A stretch of 64,000 bases of DNA from Candidatus Poribacteria bacterium (GCA_964291315.2 OZ219753.1:1-64000); one strand, 5' to 3'; positions 31,991 to 41,541 are shown, counted from the stretch's first letter. The notes: generated from the sequence alone by a model not told the origin. Numbers and translations: made by a program.

Positions 31991-32452
31991 ATGAAAGAGA
32001 GGAAGCACTACAACGCGCAAACGCTGTTGGCGGCGGTAACACGCTTGGCGAAACGGGTGGAAACGTTCTTCCGCGTTTCTACCCCTTCTTCGCGAAAAAA
32101 ATTAGGGAAACTTGCAGAGCACGTGATCTTGGTCATGTCGGTAATCACGGTGTTGGGTGCGTTCTTATGGGCATCCGTGGATAAACCGTGTAACAACGGG
32201 TGTGGTGCAAAGGTACCGGAGCCCGCGATGTCGCACCGTTCAGAATGTTCAAACTGTGATGATGCCGTATGGAAATGTCCGCAATTGGGTCATCCACATA
32301 AAGCCGAATGCCCTGTTTGCCAGCAGTTTTACTGGATTTGCCCCGCGGAGTCTGAAGCCTTGCTTCATGGGGAGTTCTGCCAGTTTTCTAGAAAACGTTC
32401 GCAGCCCTATCTGCGTCTCAGTCCGGCTGACGAGAAACAGATAGATAGATAG
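31991..32452 (+). CDS. Membrane-anchored Cys/His-rich Zn-finger-like protein (A1)
   Basis: RBS GGAGG; TM helix; CNNGC-x10-H-x3-CxxC...C...H-x3-CxxC...YWIC...H-x3-C. Confidence 0.8.
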   Translation: MKERKHYNAQTLLAAVTRLAKRVETFFRVSTPSSRKKLGKLAEHVILVMSVITVLGAFLWASVDKPCNNGCGAKVPEPAMSHRSECSNCDDAVWKCPQLGHPHKAECPVCQQFYWICPAESEALLHGEFCQFSRKRSQPYLRLSPADEKQIDR

Positions 32453-32494
32453 ATAAGCGATGCCCCGTGGGGCACAACAGAGGAATGGTTTATC

Positions 32495-32562
32495 ATGACA
32501 AAGCGACCCAGTAAGAGAAGAACATGGCTGTTTGTCTCATCAACATACTTTGTACTTTTTGC
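32495..32562 (+). pseudogene. Truncated B gene at the duplication junction
   Basis: MTKRPSKRRTWLFVSSTYFVLF is cut off where the next unit begins. Confidence 0.8.
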
Positions 32563-32577
32563 TAGTTTTAATTTTCC

Positions 32578-32606
32578 TTGACAAGCTTTCAAACAGGAGC
32601 TAATAT
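32578..32606 (+). promoter_or_regulatory. Repeated cassette promoter, copy 3
   Basis: TTGACA-17 bp-TAATAT. Confidence 0.65.
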
Positions 32607-32722
32607 TATTGGCATATTTGACGCATCCTTTTTATACAGCGTGCAGTGGATTGCTAAACAAATGCAATACGTTTGTGATCTTACTTTCAGAAAGCAATTT
32701 CTGAAAAATAGAGGAGGGCTCC

Positions 32723-33181
32723 ATGAAAGAGAGGAAGCACTACAACGCGCAAACGCTGTTGGCGGCGGTAACACGCTTGGCGAAACGGGTGGAAACGTTC
32801 TTCCGCGTTTCTACCCCTTCTTCGCGAAAAAAATTAGGGAAACTTGCAGAGCACGTGATCTTGGTCATGTCGGTAATCACGGTGTTGGGTGCGCTCTTAT
32901 GGGCATCCGTGGATAAACCTTGTGACAACGGGTGTGGTGCAAAGGTACCGGATCCCTCGGCTTCGCACCTCTCACAGTGCGCGAGATGTGATCAGAGTAT
33001 ATTCAACTGTCCTGACCTGATTCATCCACATAAAGCCGAATGCCCTGTTTGCCAGCAGTTTTACTGGATTTGCTGGGAGTCTGAAGCCCTGCTTCATGGT
33101 GAGTTCTGCCAGTTTTCTAGAAAACGTTCGCAGCCCTATCTGCGTCTCAGTCCGGCTGACGAGAAACAGATAGATAGATAA
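32723..33181 (+). CDS. Membrane-anchored Cys/His-rich Zn-finger-like protein (A2)
   Basis: Paralog of A1 with the same Cys/His scaffold and a divergent central patch. Confidence 0.8.
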   Translation: MKERKHYNAQTLLAAVTRLAKRVETFFRVSTPSSRKKLGKLAEHVILVMSVITVLGALLWASVDKPCDNGCGAKVPDPSASHLSQCARCDQSIFNCPDLIHPHKAECPVCQQFYWICWESEALLHGEFCQFSRKRSQPYLRLSPADEKQIDR

Positions 33182-33219
33182 GCGATGCCCCATGGGGCAC
33201 AACAGAGGAATGGTTTATC

Positions 33220-33513
33220 ATGACAAAGCGACCCAGTAAGAGAAGAATATGGCTGTTTGTCTCATCAACATACTTTGTACTTTTCGCTGCTGTTTTGATT
33301 ATAGGAACATACATCCTGAATAAAGATTATGCTTGTGAAGGTTGTGGGAGACGTGTATCTATTCCCGAAGCACATTGGCGTATTGACGCTTCTGGCAGTG
33401 GTGGATGGAGCTGTTCGCCCAATGAGCCGGATATGAAACAGATTCAAGGGAGCGGGAGGGTTCAGAACATGTCCCCTCAACCGGCTAAAGAGCCTCTTAT
33501 TATTGACAGATAG
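33220..33513 (+). CDS. Small TM + CxxC/H/C protein (B2)
   Basis: Paralog of 26983-27282. Confidence 0.72.
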   Translation: MTKRPSKRRIWLFVSSTYFVLFAAVLIIGTYILNKDYACEGCGRRVSIPEAHWRIDASGSGGWSCSPNEPDMKQIQGSGRVQNMSPQPAKEPLIIDR

Positions 33514-33590
33514 AAGTTTTGCGAAACATTTTCACATAGCCCGCATACATTCATAATTTTTGAGGGGAGAGTTTTTGCCGTAAAAGTTGT

Positions 33591-33619
33591 TTGAGACGCG
33601 CGTCCGCGTGTGGTATAAT
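33591..33619 (+). promoter_or_regulatory. sigma70-type promoter with no long downstream ORF
   Basis: TTGAGA-17 bp-TATAAT with an extended -10 TG. Confidence 0.55.
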
Positions 33620-34093
33620 GGAAGTCTCTTGGATCGGCATAACCCGCGCAGCCACTCAGTTAAGCGCCTACCTCCGGACAGACAAAAAGAGGGAAGCTTG
33701 CGATGCAAGAAAACAAATTTCCGACTGACCATTTTAAGGGCGTTGTTTGTTGAAACGAAATCTTAGTATTACTCCGTTTTTCCATATCTGTTCTATAAGG
33801 TAATTCGTTACAGCACAAATATAGGTATATGTGATATGCCAACTTGGTGGCGTTCCCTCCAAAATATCATCCGTGTCGCGTTATAGAAAACATCTGGACA
33901 TCTTGTCGGTTCTAATGCAAGGCATCATATACCATACCGTCTTTTGATCCAGAGCTGAATCGCGGGCCAACGGATGAATCGATAGGTTCTTTTTCACTTT
34001 CGCTCTCAGTGCAATTGCCAAAAACTACCGCGATAGATTTCGGGGCATGTGGCATTCAGCAAGGATGCCGCATAGCAGCTGCGACTAGTGCTG

Positions 34094-34783
34094 TTAGAGA
34101 TTTTCTTCGGTAGGTATTGGTTCACCAGTCTCCGTTTTGCCTGAGAGATAGAGGAACCATGTGGTAAGCCCAATAGCGATAACAATCCACAGTACCCCCC
34201 AAACTTCAGTCGAAATTCCTGTCACTTCTGAAAGCATCCTAGCATCTGACCGGAGATTCGACCTATCTAAGACATCGCTTTTGATGTCTAGGATTGCGTA
34301 AAGGCAGCTGGTTACGCCGATGATACGTAGAAACCAATCGTTGACGCCCGCGGGGAGATAAAACCCGATGGCGATCAAAGCGACACCGAAGCCGATACCG
34401 AATAAGAAAGTAAAGGCGCTTCTGCCGTAAGCGATGGAAATTGCGACCATAACGATACCGATAACGATGCTAATTCCTTTATCGAAGCGAGTTCTTGCTG
34501 CTAGGAGCAAGATAAGGCCTCCTAACAATAGGCTTCCGAGATAGCCGGCAGTCAGCGTCCAAAACCGCGACCCGCCTTGTGTCAGAGCGTGTCCCCCCTG
34601 CTGAGGGTTAATCTGAATTTCGACGATACGACCCCCCGTTACGATTGCCGCAAGTCCGTGACTCACCTCATGCATAAACACAACGAAAATTTTGAGCGGA
34701 TAAATAAAAAGGGTGTTCCATAGGAGCACAATGCTTATGAAAATTAGGAGCAGGACAATGTAACGTTTGAAAAGTGTTGACAT
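34094..34783 (-). CDS. M50 (M50B-like) membrane metallopeptidase
   Basis: Motifs HEVSH, AGYLG and SDA; multiple TM helices. Confidence 0.9.
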   Translation of the reverse strand: MSTLFKRYIVLLLIFISIVLLWNTLFIYPLKIFVVFMHEVSHGLAAIVTGGRIVEIQINPQQGGHALTQGGSRFWTLTAGYLGSLLLGGLILLLAARTRFDKGISIVIGIVMVAISIAYGRSAFTFLFGIGFGVALIAIGFYLPAGVNDWFLRIIGVTSCLYAILDIKSDVLDRSNLRSDARMLSEVTGISTEVWGVLWIVIAIGLTTWFLYLSGKTETGEPIPTEENL

Positions 34784-34909
34784 AGTTTCTCTTAAATCGC
34801 TTGTATTTTGCTACAGAATCTGTTATAGTATACCATAACTTGTCTGAAATATACAATCTTAAATCTGAATACAGAGGTGCGTGCTTGAAAAGCACGTTTA
34901 TGACCTTAA

Positions 34910-35998
34910 ATGAATACGTTCGGCCACCTTTTTCGGATTACGACCTGGGGCGAATCGCATGGCGGCGCTGTCGGCGTTGTAGTTGATGGATGCCCACCAC
35001 AGATTGACCTCGACCTATCCGCAATACAATTTGAGCTGAATCGCCGAAAACCTGGGCAGAGTCACCTCACTACACCGCGTCAAGAGGATGATGCTGTTGA
35101 GGTTCTCTCCGGGGTTTTTGAAGGAAAAACACTCGGCACGCCTATCTCTATGTTAGTATGGAATAAGAACGCGCGGCCATCAGACTACAAGCACTTGAAA
35201 GACCTCTATCGACCCTCGCACGCCGATTTTACATATCAAGAGAAATACGGTATTAGAAACTGGCAGGGCGGCGGTAGAGCAAGTGCTCGCGAAACAATTG
35301 GACGCGTCGCAGCAGGGGCAATTGCGAAACAGATATTGCGCGAAAGAGCCGGAACAGAGACGATCGCTTATGTTAAGCAAATCCATACACTGACGGCTGA
35401 GGTTGATACCGCCACAGTCACGCTTGAACAGGTCGAGTCGAGCCCAGTACGTTGCCCGAATCCTATTGTAAGTGCTAAAATAGCAGAGCGCATCGATCAG
35501 GCACGGCGCAATAGAGATTCGCTCGGAGGTATTATTGAATCCGTGACGCGCAATGTACCCGTTGGACTCGGCGAACCGATCTTCGATAAACTCAAAGCGG
35601 ATCTGGCGAAGGCGATGATGTCCCTCCCCGCAACGATGGGATTCCAAATCGGGTCTGGTTTTAATAGTATCACGATGACAGGGGCTGAACACAACGATCC
35701 TTTTTATATCGAAAAAGGCACCGAGACAACGCGCATCCGGACATGCACGAACAATTCTGGCGGTACACAAGGCGGTATCTCAAACGGCGAAAATATTATA
35801 TTCCAAGTCGCTTTCAAACCAACAGCAACAATTGGTAAGCCCCAACAGACAGTGGATATACAAGGCAATGAAGTGATTTTGGAGGCAAGCGGACGACATG
35901 ATCCGTGTGTCTTGGTACGTGCACCTGCCATTGTAGAAGCGATGGCAGCACTTGTGCTCACAGACCATCTGCTCCGCCATCGCGCCAAGTCTGAATAG
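34910..35998 (+). CDS. aroC: Chorismate synthase
   Basis: Motifs [23 protein letters not shown] and GRHDPCV. Confidence 0.97.
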   Translation: MNTFGHLFRITTWGESHGGAVGVVVDGCPPQIDLDLSAIQFELNRRKPGQSHLTTPRQEDDAVEVLSGVFEGKTLGTPISMLVWNKNARPSDYKHLKDLYRPSHADFTYQEKYGIRNWQGGGRASARETIGRVAAGAIAKQILRERAGTETIAYVKQIHTLTAEVDTATVTLEQVESSPVRCPNPIVSAKIAERIDQARRNRDSLGGIIESVTRNVPVGLGEPIFDKLKADLAKAMMSLPATMGFQIGSGFNSITMTGAEHNDPFYIEKGTETTRIRTCTNNSGGTQGGISNGENIIFQVAFKPTATIGKPQQTVDIQGNEVILEASGRHDPCVLVRAPAIVEAMAALVLTDHLLRHRAKSE

Positions 35999-36149
35999 TT
36001 GCCGATGCTTTTTGGGGACGCAAGGTCAGACGACGGTGTTACGTGTACCCGCCCTCAACTGCCTGACTAAAAGAAGGCTGAACCTCTCGATCTGATTGAA
36101 GGTGAGGGCTCTACTGATAACTATTCCCTAAGGATATTTCAAAAGAACG

Positions 36150-36617
36150 ATGGCTACGGAATGGAAAGTCGAAGGGATCTTGCCCAACGAAACATTGGAA
36201 ACCTGCGCGAGACGAATTATCGTCGATTATTTTCGCAAAATGATGTCCTATAAAGAAGGTGCCAAAGACGGAAACGATATTGAATTCGTTCACGATATGC
36301 GTGTTACCTCGCGCCGCCTGCGTACCGCAATGGACAATTTCGCTGGCTGCTTTCGAGAAAAACCTTTCAAAAAACACTACAAACAGGTAAAAGCGATAAC
36401 CCGAACGATGGGAACCGTCCGGGATTTAGACGTTCTTATCGCCCGTTTTCAAGAAGAGTTGAGCACTTTATCCGAATTGGAACAGATAGACATTCAACGG
36501 CTAATTGAATGTCTACAGCGTGAACGAGAAACAGCCCGAAAGTCCATGCTAATGCTCTTTGCGAAGCTTGACGAGACCAACTTTGAAACAGAGTTTTTGG
36601 AATTCTTTAGCGAATGA
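36150..36617 (+). CDS. CHAD domain, N-terminal half
   Basis: VHDMRVTSRRLR...GTVRDLDV. Confidence 0.85.
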   Translation: MATEWKVEGILPNETLETCARRIIVDYFRKMMSYKEGAKDGNDIEFVHDMRVTSRRLRTAMDNFAGCFREKPFKKHYKQVKAITRTMGTVRDLDVLIARFQEELSTLSELEQIDIQRLIECLQRERETARKSMLMLFAKLDETNFETEFLEFFSE

Positions 36618-36646
36618 CGGCTCTTATCTGACATAGGAGGACAGGA

Positions 36647-37156
36647 ATGGCGAAGGCGAGTAAACTCACCGGTGTTGAACCACTGCGCAGCTACCGCGAA
36701 AACGCAAAAACAATTCTCTCACAAAAGGTTGAAGAGGTTTGGACCTGGGAGCCGTTTGTTCGGGACCCAGCAAGGCGCGAAGAACTTCATAACATGCGAA
36801 TTTCGCTTAAACGCCTTCGATATACAATGGAATCTTTTCATGTAGTGTATACTGTTCCAAAGGAGTGTTTTGGGGAAACTGCGGTGATTCGCGGCAAACG
36901 TTTTGCTGAGTTCCTAGCCGTAGTTGTTGACTTACAAGAGATACTCGGCGATGTCCATGACTGTGATGTTGTTTTGGATGTTTTGACTGGCTCCGCTCAT
37001 CGAGTCGAAGAGAATATCTTAGTACCGGGAATTGCTACCGTTATTGATCGGACGAAAGCAACCCGCAAGGCGGACTATAAGACATTTTTGAGAAAATGGG
37101 AACATCTATCCGCTACGGGCTTCAAACAGAAATTATTAACATTTTTAGCGGAATAA
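36647..37156 (+). CDS. CHAD domain, C-terminal half
   Basis: LHNMRISLKRLRY...LQEILGDVHDCDV. Confidence 0.85.
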   Translation: MAKASKLTGVEPLRSYRENAKTILSQKVEEVWTWEPFVRDPARREELHNMRISLKRLRYTMESFHVVYTVPKECFGETAVIRGKRFAEFLAVVVDLQEILGDVHDCDVVLDVLTGSAHRVEENILVPGIATVIDRTKATRKADYKTFLRKWEHLSATGFKQKLLTFLAE

Positions 37157-37197
37157 GGGGCGGCTATCAGCCTTCAATTTTATAAGGAGATTGTTCT

Positions 37198-38172
37198 ATG
37201 CGTACGAATGTTATCGGTGTAGATATGGGCGGAACCAAGATTCTATCTGCTGTCATTGATGAGAACGGTAATATCTTAGGAACAGCCAAAATCCCAACTA
37301 AGGCGGAAAAAGGGGCATCCGAGGTGGTTGACAGGATCGCCGCCGGCATCCGAAAATCTATCGACAAATCAGGAGTCGCTGCTGAGTCAATTCGGGCGGT
37401 CGGCATTGGTGCACCTGGACCCCTGGACCCTGCAACTGGCATTGTCATTTTTGCACCGAACCTCGGGTGGAAAAATGTTCCGCTGAGAGCTGAGCTTGAA
37501 GCACGTGTCGGATTCCCTACGTTCGTTGACAACGATGTCAACATCGGTACACTCGGAGAACACATGTTCGGGGCAGGAAAGGGGGTCCAGAACATCGTTG
37601 GAATTTTTGTAGGCACCGGTATTGGCGGCGGTATCATTTTGCACGACGAGTTGTTCCACGGGGCGAACAAGATGGCTGGTGAAGTTGGACATATTATCGT
37701 CAAAGCTGGGGGACCACGGTGTGGCTGCGGCACGCGTGGATGCTTGGAAGCGATCGCCAGTCGAACAGCGATGACAAGGCAATTCCAGAAAGCTATTCTT
37801 AAAAAAGGCAAAAAAAGTGTGATTTCTGAACTCACCGGCGGCGACCTTGGAACTATTCGCAGTGGGGTTTTAGCGAAGGCGGTTCGCTTAAACGATAAGT
37901 TAACCTTGAAGGTCTTCAAAAAAGTAACGAAATACCTTGGAATTGGTATCGGATCTATTGTGAATTTCTTGAATCCGGAGATGATTGTGCTCGGCGGGGG
38001 CGTAGTCGAAGCACTGGATGATACGTTCTTGGATGAGATTCGCGCTGCTGCAGTAAAATACTCGCTACCGAATGCTTTGGATGGAGTACAAATTGTCCGC
38101 GCAAAACTGGGCGATAATTCCGGTATCCTCGGCGCAGCAGCATTGGCGCGAAAACGATCCGAAGCGGTATGA
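37198..38172 (+). CDS. ROK-family sugar kinase (glucokinase-like)
   Basis: Motifs DMGGTK, DNDVN, GTGIGGG, GEVGH and CGCGTRGCLE. Confidence 0.93.
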   Translation: MRTNVIGVDMGGTKILSAVIDENGNILGTAKIPTKAEKGASEVVDRIAAGIRKSIDKSGVAAESIRAVGIGAPGPLDPATGIVIFAPNLGWKNVPLRAELEARVGFPTFVDNDVNIGTLGEHMFGAGKGVQNIVGIFVGTGIGGGIILHDELFHGANKMAGEVGHIIVKAGGPRCGCGTRGCLEAIASRTAMTRQFQKAILKKGKKSVISELTGGDLGTIRSGVLAKAVRLNDKLTLKVFKKVTKYLGIGIGSIVNFLNPEMIVLGGGVVEALDDTFLDEIRAAAVKYSLPNALDGVQIVRAKLGDNSGILGAAALARKRSEAV

Positions 38173-38223
38173 GAGAACTAACCTGCAGCCACATCTTTTA
38201 TAAGTCGAAGGGAGGGGGCTTCT

Positions 38224-39906
38224 ATGTTAGTAGATGATAACAGAGAAGAACATCGGATGATGATTTTCGGCAACGATAGCCGTCTTGTCCAAGAGCAGCT
38301 AATCGTAGATAGTGACACAAAGCATGATGGAATTTTGGCACAAAAGGTTCACCAAGACTCCTATACTGTTACACTGTATGTATTATTGAAGGATTACGGG
38401 CTCACACCGGTCTTTCGAATCAAGCCGCGCATTCGGTTTCATCGCTCCAACTACGATAACCTTTCTTCAAGCGCACCGCTCCGATATAGTCTTGATGACA
38501 TTATCCATTTCGCTGAACTGAAACGGGGTGTGGACCTGATGGGAAACATTGACGATGTGAAACTTGCTGACATTCTCGGCGACGCACCCGCACTCAAGGA
38601 TGTAGCAGATGATGCGGCATTGCAGCTCGTCTCACAACGCGATGTCTCGCTACGCAATCCGCCTTTCAAAACCAAAACCAAGGTTTTTGGAAAGAACGAA
38701 GACGAGGGCGTGGAAGAGGCTGGTATCCGTATCGGAAAATTCTTGGACGCACTCAATCACCCGAAACGGACAGAACAAATCTTCGCGCGGTTTGCACACG
38801 GAAGCGAGTTTGCACGTGATTTACGGGAGGCCTTGGCACCCTATGAAGATTTTGAATTTCAATTCGGGCTCTACTCTCGCTATGAACGACGAGATTGCAT
38901 ATTAGCAAGTGGGCATGCTGGGGCAAGTGGGAATTACCGGGCGACATTCGATCCATGGACAGCACTAGGTTATATCCAAACTGCTGGGGATACACAGCAA
39001 TTCCAGATCCTTGCACATGAACGTGGGACACGGTGGGAACATAAAATTATGTTAGAGGAATTGGATGCAGCAACGTTGGAACGCCTCGCCACAGAAATTC
39101 CGAGACTCCGCCGCCAGTACCTGATTGGACGCGTCTTATCTAAGAGTCAGACAGCCTTGACGCGCTTAGCTGAACTTCGTGAAGCGCAGCTCAACCTTAC
39201 AACGGATTTACATGCCGGCTATACACTCCGACTCGAAATACCGCTATCAGAAAGACGCTTTCCTATCATAGCGCATCGCCGGAAACTACGAGAGACATTT
39301 AACGGTAGCGGCGCTTATCGTCTCCATCCGTTGAATAGTGAATTTGTGGAGAAACATCATAATATGGCAAAGGGTATCCGAGACGGTATTGTTTGGACTT
39401 TAGATTCTGTTGATCTATTCACTGGACAACCTGATTTAGAGGTGACAGATGAGGAGTTTCTTATCATCAAAACGCCCCATCAAAACAAATTCGTCGTTCG
39501 TTCTGCTGAGGAACTTCGAGAACGTCTTCCTAAAAATGGTTTTGAAAAGTGTTGGAATGAGACCGTTGATCTAGGAGGCTATACAATTATCAGTCAGATC
39601 AGTGGCAGAGGCTACACCGTGAGCTACGGGAGGCGGAGCATAGGAAGTATCTGTGAAGGCAATCTTACTCAGGAAGGGACTAAACACTATCTCTCAATTG
39701 AATACTTGGGAGCAGAGTCTGGGCGTGTTGAAAGTTCACGCTCCGGAGCGCCAGCCCACGTACAGCCGACCTTCTTTGGCCGACTTTTTAACAGAAATCC
39801 AATACCGCCTTTCTTTGAACAACTGATGCAAACTGAGTCCCAGGTCATCTCGGAAATGAAGACGCTAGCACGACATTGTAAAGAGAAATTAGCGATCTCT
39901 CCCTAG
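38224..39906 (+). CDS. VTC/CYTH-like triphosphate-tunnel protein with an additional C-terminal domain
   Basis: Motifs in VTC order: YTVTLY, KPRIRF, FAELKR, YSRYER, RATFD, WEHK, LSKS. Confidence 0.6.
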   Translation: MLVDDNREEHRMMIFGNDSRLVQEQLIVDSDTKHDGILAQKVHQDSYTVTLYVLLKDYGLTPVFRIKPRIRFHRSNYDNLSSSAPLRYSLDDIIHFAELKRGVDLMGNIDDVKLADILGDAPALKDVADDAALQLVSQRDVSLRNPPFKTKTKVFGKNEDEGVEEAGIRIGKFLDALNHPKRTEQIFARFAHGSEFARDLREALAPYEDFEFQFGLYSRYERRDCILASGHAGASGNYRATFDPWTALGYIQTAGDTQQFQILAHERGTRWEHKIMLEELDAATLERLATEIPRLRRQYLIGRVLSKSQTALTRLAELREAQLNLTTDLHAGYTLRLEIPLSERRFPIIAHRRKLRETFNGSGAYRLHPLNSEFVEKHHNMAKGIRDGIVWTLDSVDLFTGQPDLEVTDEEFLIIKTPHQNKFVVRSAEELRERLPKNGFEKCWNETVDLGGYTIISQISGRGYTVSYGRRSIGSICEGNLTQEGTKHYLSIEYLGAESGRVESSRSGAPAHVQPTFFGRLFNRNPIPPFFEQLMQTESQVISEMKTLARHCKEKLAISP

Positions 39907-39932
39907 CGGAATCCCCTGGGATTCATCTTGGA

Positions 39933-40085
39933 AGAGAAAACAGGGCAGAAGAAATCGGAGTGTCTCCAAGAAGCGTTAGCCAATGCCTCAAACGCGCCCG
40001 CGCAAAACTCAAAAAAGGCGTACACCGCCGTCCCGAAAACGGCACCCCCGATCGTCTGATGCTGTTTAGAAACCGCGATCATTAA
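39933..40085 (+). pseudogene. Relic sigma-factor region-4 HTH
   Basis: Translates to AEEIGVSPRSVSQCLKRARAKLKK; no start codon or N-terminal domain. Confidence 0.65.
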
Positions 40086-40340
40086 AAAAAGCTAAACTTT
40101 TTTCACCCAAACGTATATATATATATAAATAACAGCGCGAAAAAAGTGTTGCGTTGGAATAAGGAGGATCCGTTATAGAGTGGTCGGCGTTCGCTTTATA
40201 CAAGACTTTCAATTGTTAATTAAACTCACGTTATAATATAGAATTGAAAACTAACACCCTATAACATAGGAAGATTACAGTTTCTCCAACGTTTCTTATT
40301 TTCTGCATTCTTTCATCAATTCCATGGGAGAGGTGGTCGT

Positions 40341-41069
40341 ATGTTACTTTCCAGTCGATGGATCCAAGTCGGTCTCGCGTTATTTTTGCTGTGTGTTGGG
40401 GGCAGCCTGCTGTATTCTCGGCATGCTCTCCGCACCACAGAGAGCGAGATGGAACGGCACGCCCAGTTGCTAGGGATCTATGAACAGAGCAAAACACGCC
40501 CCACAGAACCGGTGAACGCTCCGACAGCGGCCGAGTCGCCCGGCCTTGTGAACACCCCGGATGAAAACAGGGATACACCGATTTCAGGCGAGGTCCAAGA
40601 AGCTTTACCCGACGAGACCGGGAACCTTAATATTGCGGAAGCATCCTTATCCGATGATACGGTTTCAGAAGAAGCACCCGCTGCAGAGGTACCTGTCTCG
40701 CCGCATGGCTTTGGCCCGTATCCTGAGGCCCCCGGAGATTACTTTCGTACGCCAGTTTGGGCATATCCTGATCCTGAATTTACGCCCGGTCATGAATTAA
40801 TGGAGCGCGTTTTAATCAAGTTATGGAAACAAGGCATCTATGCTAGGGGGGCGTGCATCGTAAATCGAAGGGTTTATCCTGTTATTCGCGGGACCGTCTA
40901 TGTTAAATGGAGGGGCGACTTTATCCACGCCTATATCGGGCATCCCGACAATGATGACGAGCAGATTATTTCTATTCTTGAAGACGGTGGGATTCCGGCT
41001 GGCATCACAGTTCTTGATTATGACACAGCAGGAATCGATCCTTATCAGTTTCTTAACCTATTAGAATAA
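40341..41069 (+). CDS. Membrane-anchored hypothetical protein
   Basis: TM helix, acidic Pro-rich linker, then VSPHGFGPYPE...HELMERVLIKLWKQG domain; RBS GAGGTG. Confidence 0.8.
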   Translation: MLLSSRWIQVGLALFLLCVGGSLLYSRHALRTTESEMERHAQLLGIYEQSKTRPTEPVNAPTAAESPGLVNTPDENRDTPISGEVQEALPDETGNLNIAEASLSDDTVSEEAPAAEVPVSPHGFGPYPEAPGDYFRTPVWAYPDPEFTPGHELMERVLIKLWKQGIYARGACIVNRRVYPVIRGTVYVKWRGDFIHAYIGHPDNDDEQIISILEDGGIPAGITVLDYDTAGIDPYQFLNLLE

Positions 41070-41082
41070 GGAGAGATTTGTT

Positions 41083-41541
41083 ATGAAATGGGCATTGGTC
41101 CTTTTGATAGCTGTTACGCTATCCTTTAGCGGTTTTACTGATCATGAGGCTGATAGTAATCGCCTTGGTCATCGGAAACATAGGATGAGTTCAACAATTT
41201 GGAGGAAATATGCAAGAGATCGTGATGCGCCGTTAGACAGTACCGCGATGTGCTATGGGAAAACTGATGGTACATGGGTTTCGAGAGGGCGTGTTAGAAC
41301 TAATGCTGATAACATGAAGGGCAGATGGTCTATGATAACAGGCGGCCCCGCAGTTTACGATGATCACAACCTCCATGAATACATGGGCAATACTATCGCT
41401 ATAAGACAGAGCGACGGTAATATTGGCCACGATACGAATCCAATTAATCTTGTAGAAAATTGCTTCTCACTACTAACTATTTCTGGTAAACAGGGAAGCG
41501 GGAGTACATCGCTATTGTCAACAGCAAATATACCTTGGTAA
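41083..41541 (+). CDS. Small secreted hypothetical protein
   Basis: RBS AAGGAG; signal peptide. Confidence 0.75.
   Translation: MKWALVLLIAVTLSFSGFTDHEADSNRLGHRKHRMSSTIWRKYARDRDAPLDSTAMCYGKTDGTWVSRGRVRTNADNMKGRWSMITGGPAVYDDHNLHEYMGNTIAIRQSDGNIGHDTNPINLVENCFSLLTISGKQGSGSTSLLSTANIPW

Larger units (their letters stand above)
31833..33535 (+). repeat. Tandem duplication (period about 730 bp) of the promoter-A-B cassette; the promoter and B parts are also homologous to 26295-27310
   Basis: Units start at TAGTTTTAATTT (31833 and 32563) and are near-identical; the 3' part matches 26990-27310. Confidence 0.95.

Noticed and set aside
31657-32184. 175-aa ORF (and the similar 32578-32916 ORF)
   Set aside because: It runs through the duplication junction, promoter and an alternate frame of A1; only its first codons may belong to a truncated gene.
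31833-33535. Tandem repeat as a CRISPR array or DGR TR/VR pair
   Set aside because: The units are gene-sized, the differences are not adenine-specific, and there are no cas or RT genes.
33620-33710. tRNA-Sec (sequence begins GGAAG)
   Set aside because: No TCA anticodon arm, T-loop or CCA end.
37167-37919. Long antisense ORFs (also 3948-4679 and 35180-35770)
   Set aside because: They are shadows of well-supported genes and show no recognisable motifs.
39906-39936. IS200/IS605 element end
   Set aside because: Only a short GAATCCC..GGGATTC hairpin, with no tnpA/tnpB or second end.
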